Shown here: positions 31,363-39,716 of the stretch, piece by piece
Layout of the letters: each line of letters opens with the position of its first letter
How positions within the stretch are numbered: the stretch's first letter is position 1
Origin: Terriglobia bacterium
GTDB lineage: Bacteria; Acidobacteriota; Terriglobia; JAIQFV01
Assembly: GCA_020072965.1 (NCBI GenBank)
Contig: JAIQFY010000010.1
Location: forward strand, 108,243 to 172,242
Direction: 5' to 3'
Length of the DNA stretch: 64,000 nucleotides
Notes under the pieces: model-generated
The model's database searches: none
Seen by the model: only the letters and a program-made list of their open reading frames with translations
What the model was told of the DNA's origin: nothing
Position numbers and translations under genes: made by a program

Positions 31363-31914
31363 ATGCCAATAATAACAACGCAGGAAAAGGACATCGCCCC
31401 GGGAGGAAATCCGTTTGTTGAGCAAAATACGGAGTTTGGAGCCGGGGTGGTCACCACCTCATTTGACAAGGTGGTCAATTGGGCACGGAGGTCGTCCATC
31501 TGGCCGATGACTTTCGGCCTGGCGTGTTGTGCGATCGAAATGATGGCGATGGGGGCCTCCCGTTATGACATTGCTCGGTTTGGGGCGGAGGTCTTTCGCG
31601 GCTCACCGCGACAATCGGACTTGATGATCGTGGCCGGCCGAGTCTCAAAGAAAATGGCACCGATCGTGCGCCAGCTGTATGATCAAATGCCGGAACCGAA
31701 GTGGGTTATCTCCATGGGAGTGTGCGCTACGGCGGGCGGCATCTTCAACAATTACGCCATCGTGCAGGGAGTCAACCAGGTGGTGCCGGTGGATGTGTAT
31801 ATCCCCGGATGCCCGCCACGGCCCGAACAGCTCATTTATGGAATCATGAAGCTGCAGGAGAAGATCGATCGGCAGCGCGGGAGCTTCAAGGACCTTCTTC
31901 CTTTTGGGGGTTGA
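31363..31914 (+). CDS. nuoB: NADH-quinone oxidoreductase subunit B (NuoB / 20 kDa subunit), orphan copy
   Basis: 183 aa, N2 cluster ligands [10 protein letters not shown]...GVCATAGG...CPP. Confidence 0.85.
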   Translation: MPIITTQEKDIAPGGNPFVEQNTEFGAGVVTTSFDKVVNWARRSSIWPMTFGLACCAIEMMAMGASRYDIARFGAEVFRGSPRQSDLMIVAGRVSKKMAPIVRQLYDQMPEPKWVISMGVCATAGGIFNNYAIVQGVNQVVPVDVYIPGCPPRPEQLIYGIMKLQEKIDRQRGSFKDLLPFGG

Positions 31915-32005
31915 GTCTCTCAGGTTATTAATCGGGTTGTGATTGGCGGTGCGGCTTCTCCAGCAAAGCTCTTTCCCCTTCCTCAATCTCGAATAGAATG
32001 CCCCC

Positions 32006-32032
32006 TTGCCCTCGACTTCCATCTGTTATAAT
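32006..32032 (+). promoter_or_regulatory. Candidate sigma70-like promoter for the Sec-peroxiredoxin gene
   Basis: TTGCCC-(15)-TATAAT about 58 nt upstream of ATG 32091. Confidence 0.25.
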
Positions 32033-32090
32033 CTACTTGCGCTCTCACAATAATTTACAGGCCTGACCAGAAAATTCAGGAGGGAGTTCT

Positions 32091-32528
32091 ATGTTGTCAA
32101 TCGGAGAGAAGGCCCCCGACTTCAAAGTGAAGACCCATGAGGGAAAGGAACTTTCGCTGGGCCAGTTTGCGGGGAGCAAAGTGGTCCTGTGGTTCTACCC
32201 CAAGGCTGACACCCCCGGCTGAACCAACGAAGGCAAAGGATTCCGTGATCGAATCCGAGAGTATGACGCAAAGAACATGAAGATCCTTGGAATCAGTTTT
32301 GATACGGTCGAGGAAAATGCCGCGTTTGCAAAGAAATTTCAGTTTCCCTTCCCCCTATTGTGCGACACTGACCGGAAAATAGGATTGGCTTATGGGGCCT
32401 GCGAATCGGTTCGGGATGAACACGCCAAGCGAATTTCATATGTGATTGGTGAAGACGGTAACATCCTTCAAGCCTATCCCAAAGTCGATGCCGCGCGCCA
32501 TCCGCAAGAAGTGCTGGAGAAGCTCTAG
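32091..32528 (+). CDS. Peroxiredoxin PrxQ/Bcp family, predicted selenoprotein with TGA (Sec) at 32220..32222 replacing the peroxidatic Cys
   Basis: Manual translation from ATG 32091 (AGGAGGGA RBS): MLSIGEKAPDFKVKTHEGKELSLGQFAGSKVVLWFYPKADTPG-U-TNEGKGFRDRIREYDAKNMKILGISFD... continues in frame into track ORF 32277..32528. FYPKADTPGxT is the Prx active-site motif with TGA at the Cp position. A possible resolving Cys is retained (LLCD, ACES). Confidence 0.7.
32238..32256 (+). promoter_or_regulatory. Candidate SECIS hairpin for Prx UGA 32220
   Basis: GGAUUC-cgugauc-GAAUCC stem-loop starting 15 nt after UGA. Apical loop contains GU. Confidence 0.35.
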
Positions 32529-33364
32529 TAGAATACCTTTTCGAGAAATAAACCGAACGGGGGCGCGGTCCACTCGGCCGGCTTTGGAGAGGGTTTGTAG
32601 AAGAAAGAACTAAATTCATCCCGAGTGCAGTTCCCTGCGCTCAATTCCACCATGCTCCCAACCAGGCGTCGGACCATCTTCCACAGAAATCGATCGGCGC
32701 GGATGTGAAAGGTCAACAGCCGGGCGTAACAAGGCCGGGTAATGCGGATCTCTCTCCACTCGCACTCATCCACGACGCACTGAAAGGAACGCTCTTCCTC
32801 TTCATCCGGATCACAAAAAGAGCGGAAGCTGTGCCTCCCGACCACGAGCTTTGCCGCCTCCTGGAGGAGGGGGAGTTTGATCTCGCGCCTTGGACACCAG
32901 GCGTGACGCCGCAGGAAGGGAGAGTAGCTTTCAACGATCTGATAGCGGTAGCTGCGAGAGCGCGCATCATGGCGAGCATGAAAATTCAGAGGAACGAATG
33001 CAGCGTGTGATACCGTCAGGTCCGCAGACAATCCGTTGTTCAGTTCCCGCATAATCTTTTCCGCCGACCACTGCCGTGGATCCTCCGTGTGATCCCCGGC
33101 ATGAAAAGGCGCTTTCAAGAGCGGGATATCGCGAGAGGCGGACTTTTCCGGCGGAGGGTCCCCATGAATGACGGCATTCACAACCTGGGCCTCGGCATGG
33201 ACGCCCCGGTCGGTTCGACCTGCCGCAATGATCCGCGGCTTTTCTTTCAGAACATCAATCATTGCCGACAGCAGCTGACCCTGGACCGTGCGAACGTCCT
33301 TTTGGATCTGCCAGCCATAGAATCGCGTACCTTCATAGGCAACCGTGAGCTTCAGGTTTCTCAT
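32525..33364 (-). CDS. truA: tRNA pseudouridine(38-40) synthase TruA
   Basis: 279 aa, catalytic AAGRTDRGVHAEAQV motif. Confidence 0.8.
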   Translation of the reverse strand: MRNLKLTVAYEGTRFYGWQIQKDVRTVQGQLLSAMIDVLKEKPRIIAAGRTDRGVHAEAQVVNAVIHGDPPPEKSASRDIPLLKAPFHAGDHTEDPRQWSAEKIMRELNNGLSADLTVSHAAFVPLNFHARHDARSRSYRYQIVESYSPFLRRHAWCPRREIKLPLLQEAAKLVVGRHSFRSFCDPDEEEERSFQCVVDECEWREIRITRPCYARLLTFHIRADRFLWKMVRRLVGSMVELSAGNCTRDEFSSFFYKPSPKPAEWTAPPFGLFLEKVFY

Positions 33365-33505
33365 ATTAGTGTAAATCGGAAATCTTCATGGATGCTGCTT
33401 TGAGAAAGGGTGCGCCTATTGGAACCCCTACATTTTTATCCCTGTTTTTCACTGGCACCCGACGCCTGGCACCCCGCACACTTTTCACCACCCACCGCTC
33501 ACTGC

Positions 33506-33913
33506 TCACTGCTCCTTCAACACCACCCACGTCGCGCCCCACCCTCCTGCCTCCGGCCTCGCATCTCTGAAAGACGCCACCAGCGGATGCTTTGAGAGCA
33601 CCGATCGGACTATCTCACGCTGAACCCCAATCCCCCGGCCGTGGACGATTCGCATCCTGCGAAATCCTTTCTCGTGAGCCTCCCGGAGGTATTCTTCAAG
33701 GACGACCTTTATTTCTTTTGGTGAAAAAGTATGGAGATCGATGGAATCTTCGATAGGAATGGTGATGGGCTCTCGGGAGGAGAAGGCCTCCCCCTCATGA
33801 TTTTGGAGTTCCACCTTCTGGGCTCCCGTCTCTGGCTTCTGACTTCCGGCTTCTGACTTCTGACTTCCCTTCTCAGGGAAGAAAGACCCCACAGGTTTGG
33901 ATTTTTTGTTCAA
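33506..33913 (-). CDS. Smr domain protein with low-complexity N-terminal linker
   Basis: C-terminal Smr domain (IDLHTFSPKE...RIVHGRGIG). The N-terminal GSQKSEAGSQKPETGAQK tract is encoded by an (AGAAGTC)n heptamer array. Confidence 0.65.
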   Translation of the reverse strand: MNKKSKPVGSFFPEKGSQKSEAGSQKPETGAQKVELQNHEGEAFSSREPITIPIEDSIDLHTFSPKEIKVVLEEYLREAHEKGFRRMRIVHGRGIGVQREIVRSVLSKHPLVASFRDARPEAGGWGATWVVLKEQ

Positions 33914-33922
33914 GTGAGATTC

Positions 33923-35521
33923 CTAGATCACAATGGCTTCCTGGTACTCACCGAACTCGCGGCGCATGGCGTCGGAGATTTCCCCGACAGTGGCATAGGC
34001 TTCTACTGCATTGAGGATTGGCGGCAGAAGATTCTTCCGGGGATCTCGCGCTGCCGCCTCGATCTCCCTCAAAGCGAGATCCACCTTGCTTGTATCCCGC
34101 TCCGCTCTCACAGCGGCGAGGCTCTTCTTCTGTTGCTCTTCCAGGGCGGGGTCGACCCGGAGGATAGAAAATGGTTTTTCGTGATCTGACACAAAGGCAT
34201 TGACTCCGACCACAGTCTGGTCTTTCGATTCGATGGCGCGCTGGTACTGGTAGGCCGATTCCTGAATTTCTCTCTGAACAAATCCCGTTTCAATGGCCTG
34301 AAGCATGCCTCCCATCTTCTCGATCCTCGCGACATACTCTTCCGCGCGCCGTTCGATTTCATTAGTCATCGACTCGATGAAATATGAACCGCCGAGGGGA
34401 TCCACGACATCGGCAACCCCGCTCTCCTGGGCGATGACCTGCTGGGTGCGCAGGGCCAGCAACGCGGATTCTTCCGTGGGGAGGGCCAAGGCTTCATCGC
34501 GGGAATTGGTATGGAGTGATTGTGTACCTCCGAGCACAGCGGCCAATGCCTGCAATGCTACTCGGACCACGTTGATCTCGGGTTGTTGCGCCGTCAGCGT
34601 GGCGCCCGACGTTTGAGAGTGAAATCGCAGCATCCAGGATTTGGGCTTGCGCGCCCCGAAGCGGTCGCGCATCAACCTCGCCCACATCCGGCGAGCCGCC
34701 CTGAACTTTGCCACCTCTTCAAGGAGATTATTGTGCGCGTTGAAGAAAAAGGAGAGGCGCGGAGCGAAGAGGTCAACGTCCAAACCCGCCTCGACCGCCG
34801 CCTTCACATAGGTGATTCCATTCATCAGGGTGAATGCCACTTCTTGAACCGCGGAGGAGCCGGCCTCGCGGATATGGTATCCGCTGATTGAAATCGTGTT
34901 CCATTCCGGCAGGTGCTTGGCACAATATTCGAAAATATTCGCGACCACCCGAAGAGAATGCCGGGGAGGGTAGATATAAGTCCCCCGTGCAATGTATTCC
35001 TTCAAGATGTCATTTTGCACCGTGCCGGAAAGCTTCTCAGGCGGCACGCCTTGTTTCTTCGCCACCCCGATGTACAGCGCCAGCAGGATCGCCGCCGTGG
35101 AGTTAATGGTCATGGAAGTGGAGACCTTGTCGAGCGGGATGCCATCAAACAAGGTTTCCATATCTCGCAGCGAATCAATCGCCACTCCCACTTTCCCTAC
35201 TTCGCCCGATGCCAGGGGATGATCCGAGTCGAGCCCGATCTGGGTAGGCAGATCAAAAGCCACCGACAAGCCCATCTGACCCTGTGAAAGAAGAAATTTA
35301 TACCGCCGGTTGGATTCGGCGGCTGAGCCGAACCCGGCGTACTGGCGCATGGTCCAGAAACGACCCCGGTACATGTTGGGCTGGATGCCGCGGGTGAATG
35401 GAAACTCGCCCGGCGGACCCAGTGAATTTCCGGCATCAAAGCCTGACAGGTCGTCTGCGTCGTAAAAGGGTTTCAGCTCGATGTGGGAAGTGGTTTCGAA
35501 TTTGGGTTTGCGTTCAGTCAT
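33923..35521 (-). CDS. Methylmalonyl-CoA mutase family, catalytic (large, N-terminal TIM-barrel) subunit without B12-binding domain
   Basis: 532 aa, [24 protein letters not shown]... is MCM/ICM-like. B12-binding subunit not in window. Confidence 0.85.
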   Translation of the reverse strand: MTERKPKFETTSHIELKPFYDADDLSGFDAGNSLGPPGEFPFTRGIQPNMYRGRFWTMRQYAGFGSAAESNRRYKFLLSQGQMGLSVAFDLPTQIGLDSDHPLASGEVGKVGVAIDSLRDMETLFDGIPLDKVSTSMTINSTAAILLALYIGVAKKQGVPPEKLSGTVQNDILKEYIARGTYIYPPRHSLRVVANIFEYCAKHLPEWNTISISGYHIREAGSSAVQEVAFTLMNGITYVKAAVEAGLDVDLFAPRLSFFFNAHNNLLEEVAKFRAARRMWARLMRDRFGARKPKSWMLRFHSQTSGATLTAQQPEINVVRVALQALAAVLGGTQSLHTNSRDEALALPTEESALLALRTQQVIAQESGVADVVDPLGGSYFIESMTNEIERRAEEYVARIEKMGGMLQAIETGFVQREIQESAYQYQRAIESKDQTVVGVNAFVSDHEKPFSILRVDPALEEQQKKSLAAVRAERDTSKVDLALREIEAAARDPRKNLLPPILNAVEAYATVGEISDAMRREFGEYQEAIVI

Positions 35522-35613
35522 TGCTGGTCCCTGATAAAAAAAGAGGACGTCGAATCAATGTATACTTCAGGGTTGCCCTCCCGGGGTCGGGAGGCCCGGC
35601 GGCGAGGGCCTGA

Positions 35614-35910
35614 CTACTGTTTCTTTTTCACGGCCCGAGCCCGCAGAAGCGAACTCACCGCGAAGGTCAGTAAAAGGACGGCAAACCCTGCGGAAGTGTA
35701 AAACCGAATGCCGGACGAAGGGATTTCCGGAGTGTAATCTTTATATTCCTTCCACGCCGCGGCGGCGGCGCTAAACCCCAGCATGAAAAAAAAGAGGCTC
35801 ATGAACTGATGAAGAATGATCTTGAGCGAGCGGACGAGACCGGCAAAGGAATGCTTTAGTATCCTCCACATGATCTCAAGTATGTTAGGGAGAAAGCGAC
35901 GGGAAGTCAA
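35614..35910 (-). CDS. Hypothetical small membrane protein
   Basis: 98 aa, two hydrophobic segments. No family. Confidence 0.3.
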   Translation of the reverse strand: MTSRRFLPNILEIMWRILKHSFAGLVRSLKIILHQFMSLFFFMLGFSAAAAAWKEYKDYTPEIPSSGIRFYTSAGFAVLLLTFAVSSLLRARAVKKKQ

Positions 35911-35964
35911 ATAAGCCGCGACCGCCGGGCGGCCGCAGCTTGAGACGGAGAAGGCTTCGGGCTT

Positions 35965-38900
35965 CTAACGAGACGATTTCCCCACTGCCAGTGGCGAGCC
36001 GTCATCCCCAAAGAAGCTGAGCGCAGCGACGGAGGCCTCGGTGCCGATATTCAAGAAAATGAATTGGGTTTGATAGCCTCCCCCATCGGCGATTTGAGGA
36101 AAGATGATCGGGAAGGGGACAGGACGAGCCAGATCAGCGACTGGAAAGGTCGTCAGCAAAAAATCCCCACGCGCGGTGTTCAGCGAACGCATAGTCAGTG
36201 CCACGAAGCTGGCAGGAGCACTCATATCCAAGACCCCCTTGAAATCATCGGGAAGATCTGAAATCAACTCTCCCACAAACATTGCGGCGTGACCATTGGC
36301 ATTGAGATTCAAGAAGGCGAGACCCTTGCCGGCCGGGGTCCTGCCATCAAGGTGAAAAGCACTCAGGGCGATCGGGTCGGCGCCACTCTGGGGAAATGCA
36401 ATGGCTAAACCTGTGTCGTGGCCGTTCGATTTGTCAATGTAAATCCGCGCATGATTAGTCGGAAGGGCCGATGGAATTCCGGATTCCGTTACCAGGATTC
36501 CCCCCTGCGTGAGACCGAAAATCCCCGCACCGACCGGGACCTGGCTTCCTTGATTAGCTGTCACCCGGATCCAGCCCGAATTCACCGTGGGCGGTGAGCC
36601 GTCAGTTTGAAGCACAAAGATCCCCCCTGGTTTTATGGTATACGCAAAGGAGGAGCCCGAATTCCCAATGACCGGCCGGACCACACGCGGCGCCCCATCG
36701 TCTGCAAAAAGCTGAATGTTTCCGGTTTCGTCCAACCCCGAAGTGTTCAGCAAAACGACTGTCGACTGGTATCCGCCTCCATCAACTACATGTGCAAAGA
36801 AGAGCTCAGTTTCAGACGCAGTTTTCGTCAAATCGGCGATGGGAGTGGTGGTGATGAGCGTTTCACCCCGCTGATTCGTGGTTAACCGGAGGGCGACGAT
36901 GGAGAGCGGCTGGTCACTCCCGATTTCAAGGGAGCCAAATTTCGTGACTGTTGGAAAATCCGCGGCTAACTGAAAATCGGGGGCGACGTCATGAAGTTGG
37001 TCAATGAATTTGGAGAGGTGTGTACCAGCGGCGAGCACGCTGTGGCCCGAGGCCAACAGCTGACCGGCGGCATCCCGCAAGGTGAATGATACATTGGCCG
37101 CGTTCCCGCCGGGGTTTACGAGGGCGAATCCGGTGTCGATGCTAATGCTCGCTGCATCAGGATGATCAGATTTGGACGGTACACTGGTACGGTAATCGAT
37201 GAAGATCCGAGCCGCTGTTGTCGGCGGGGACACTGGAACACCCGCCTCAGTCACTACATGGCCGTTCTGTTCAAGACTAAACACGGCGGTCCCAACGAGT
37301 AATCCACTACCTGAACCCACGTCTACCGTGACATAGCCGGCTTGAACAAAGCCTGCCCCTTCCCTGGTGAAAACGGATTGCGCTCCGCCATCTATAAGAT
37401 TCATAGCGATCTGAGCATTAGCGGCCGGGCAGGAATTCAGGAGGACCGCATCGGGCGCCACAACATCGGGCTTTCCGTCTCCGTTGATGTCGCTAACTCC
37501 AATGAATGCGGAAGAGATGCCAAGGCTATAATCCACGGGGTTCTGTAAAGTGCCATCCCCGTTCCCCAAGAGGATCGAGACACTGGAGTTCAAATTAGCC
37601 ACTGCCAGATCGAGCTTGCCATCCCCATTGAAGTCACCGATCGCGAGGGAGCCGGCACTCGAAATGTCACCAAAACTAACCGGAGCCTGGAACGTCCCAT
37701 CCCCATTCCCCCTAAGGAGGACCACGCTACCGCTGAGGTTCATAAATGAGCGTCCCACGGCCAGATCGAGAATCCCATCTCCATTGAAGTCCCCTACGGC
37801 AATCTGCCCGGGCGAGATTCCCACTTCAATGGATCCAGCGTCCTGGAAGGTCCCATCCCCGTTTCCCCTGAGAAGCGCCACAAATCCAAGGCCTCCGACA
37901 CTGTTGCCGGAATCAATGACCGCCAGATCAGGAATCCCGTCGCCGTTGAAGTCTCCTGTCACGGCTGACGCCCCGGGATTTGTACCCGCAAGGTTATGGA
38001 TTGGCGGCTGAAACGTGCCATCCCCGTTCCCCAGTAAAATGGTGACATCCCCGCGCTGCGAGAAAAAGTTGTGCACCACCTGGCTGGGGTTCACTACCGC
38101 CAAATCGAGCATACCGTCGTTATTGAAATCTGAAACGACAATGTAGAAAGGATTTGATCCCGCCGCAATTTTCGAGGAAGCCTGAAAAGTGCCATCCCCG
38201 TTCCCCAACAGAATTGAAATGTCTTTGGAGGTGAAATTACTCACCACCAGATCCGTCTTTCCATCCCGGTTGAAATCGCCCGCGGTAACGAACACCGGAC
38301 TCGATCCGACAGGATAAGTCGATGGTGTTCGAAAAGAGCCGTCGCCATTCCCCAACAAGATTGCCAGCGTATCCGAACCCCGATTAGGCACTGACAGATC
38401 GGGTATTCCATCACCGTTCAGATCTGCCAGCCAGAATCGTCCCGGGCCTGATCCCGTGCTGTAGTTCACCGCACTTTGAAAAGTCCCGTCGCCCTTCCCA
38501 ACCAAAATGGCGAGGGTGTCGTTGGAGATGTTTGCTGCCGCCAAGTCGCGTTTCCCATGCCCCGTAAGATCCCCCACGGCAACAAACACGGAATTAAACG
38601 GCAGACTGATGGCCATCGGAGGCCGGAAGGAGCCATCGCCGTTTCCTAACATGACTGAAGAATCCGCCACCAGATCGAGATTGCCGTCGCCGTTGAAGTC
38701 GCCCGGGATGACGAATCCGAACGCGGTTCCAGGGCTGTCTATCGGGGCTTGAAAGGTACCATCTCCTTTGCCGAGCAAAATCGAGACCCTCCCATTCGGA
38801 CCCCGGACGGCGAGATCCGTTGTGCCGTCACGATTGAAATCGCCAGCAGCAAAAGGGATGGCTGCAGCGGCACCAACGCCAGGCCCATTCCGGAAGGTGC

Positions 38901-39627
38901 CATCGCCATTCCCCAACAAGATGAATACTGATTCCAGGCTCACTCCGGCGATCACCAAGTCTGCGATTCCATCGCCATTAAAATCTGCGGCGACCAGCGA
39001 GGAGGGAAACGTCGCCAGGGTGGTATCTGAAGTTGTCTGAAAGGTGCCATCACCGTTTCCCAGAAATACAGAGACACTCTTTGAGAATTGGTTTGCCACA
39101 ACAAAATCGAGTTTACCGTCCCGGTTGAAGTCGCCGGTCACGACGGAGTTCGGTCCGATGCCAGCCTGGTAGTCCGCGGCCGCCCCGAAGGAGCCATCAC
39201 CTTTACCCAGAAGGATCGACACATCGTTGTCCCGCTGATTCACCACCACCAAGTCGGGCTTGTTGTCCCCATTAAAATCTCCAATGGCCACGGACACCGG
39301 ATCGGATCCGACGCCATAATTCACAGCGGCCTGAAAGGTCCCATCCCCTTTCCCGAGCAGGATGGAAACATTGTTGGAACCGAAATTGACAGCGACGAGG
39401 TCTCCCTTGCCATCTCCGTTGAAGTCACCTATGGCCACGAATACAGGGGTAGCGCCGGCAATGAAATCGGGTTTCACTGAGAAACTTGGAGTCGTGCAGG
39501 CAATGGCGGCAGCAAGGAGGTTCCGTCCAACAATACCAGAGAGACTCACCATCATGAGCAGGACATACCAAAGCGTCCAGGAATGAAGACCAAGGTCCTT
39601 TCCGGTCTTATTGCTCACTTCTTTCAC
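35965..39627 (-). CDS. Large secreted FG-GAP/VCBS-repeat (integrin-alpha-like beta-propeller) protein with duplicated C-terminal domain
   Basis: 1220 aa. Signal peptide. About 17 repeats of GDFNGDGKxDLvv.N..sn.VSILLGNGDGTFQ. C-terminal ~450 aa contains two copies of an unidentified ~190-aa domain, each ending ...TTPIADL / ...TTFPVADL. Confidence 0.8.
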   Translation of the reverse strand: MKEVSNKTGKDLGLHSWTLWYVLLMMVSLSGIVGRNLLAAAIACTTPSFSVKPDFIAGATPVFVAIGDFNGDGKGDLVAVNFGSNNVSILLGKGDGTFQAAVNYGVGSDPVSVAIGDFNGDNKPDLVVVNQRDNDVSILLGKGDGSFGAAADYQAGIGPNSVVTGDFNRDGKLDFVVANQFSKSVSVFLGNGDGTFQTTSDTTLATFPSSLVAADFNGDGIADLVIAGVSLESVFILLGNGDGTFRNGPGVGAAAAIPFAAGDFNRDGTTDLAVRGPNGRVSILLGKGDGTFQAPIDSPGTAFGFVIPGDFNGDGNLDLVADSSVMLGNGDGSFRPPMAISLPFNSVFVAVGDLTGHGKRDLAAANISNDTLAILVGKGDGTFQSAVNYSTGSGPGRFWLADLNGDGIPDLSVPNRGSDTLAILLGNGDGSFRTPSTYPVGSSPVFVTAGDFNRDGKTDLVVSNFTSKDISILLGNGDGTFQASSKIAAGSNPFYIVVSDFNNDGMLDLAVVNPSQVVHNFFSQRGDVTILLGNGDGTFQPPIHNLAGTNPGASAVTGDFNGDGIPDLAVIDSGNSVGGLGFVALLRGNGDGTFQDAGSIEVGISPGQIAVGDFNGDGILDLAVGRSFMNLSGSVVLLRGNGDGTFQAPVSFGDISSAGSLAIGDFNGDGKLDLAVANLNSSVSILLGNGDGTLQNPVDYSLGISSAFIGVSDINGDGKPDVVAPDAVLLNSCPAANAQIAMNLIDGGAQSVFTREGAGFVQAGYVTVDVGSGSGLLVGTAVFSLEQNGHVVTEAGVPVSPPTTAARIFIDYRTSVPSKSDHPDAASISIDTGFALVNPGGNAANVSFTLRDAAGQLLASGHSVLAAGTHLSKFIDQLHDVAPDFQLAADFPTVTKFGSLEIGSDQPLSIVALRLTTNQRGETLITTTPIADLTKTASETELFFAHVVDGGGYQSTVVLLNTSGLDETGNIQLFADDGAPRVVRPVIGNSGSSFAYTIKPGGIFVLQTDGSPPTVNSGWIRVTANQGSQVPVGAGIFGLTQGGILVTESGIPSALPTNHARIYIDKSNGHDTGLAIAFPQSGADPIALSAFHLDGRTPAGKGLAFLNLNANGHAAMFVGELISDLPDDFKGVLDMSAPASFVALTMRSLNTARGDFLLTTFPVADLARPVPFPIIFPQIADGGGYQTQFIFLNIGTEASVAALSFFGDDGSPLAVGKSSR

Positions 39628-39716
39628 CTCCGATTACTCAGAACTTCACTCGTCAAACAAACCAATTCTAGCACTTTGGTCTCCGACTATTCGGATCTCG
39701 ATCGCAAGGTGATCCA

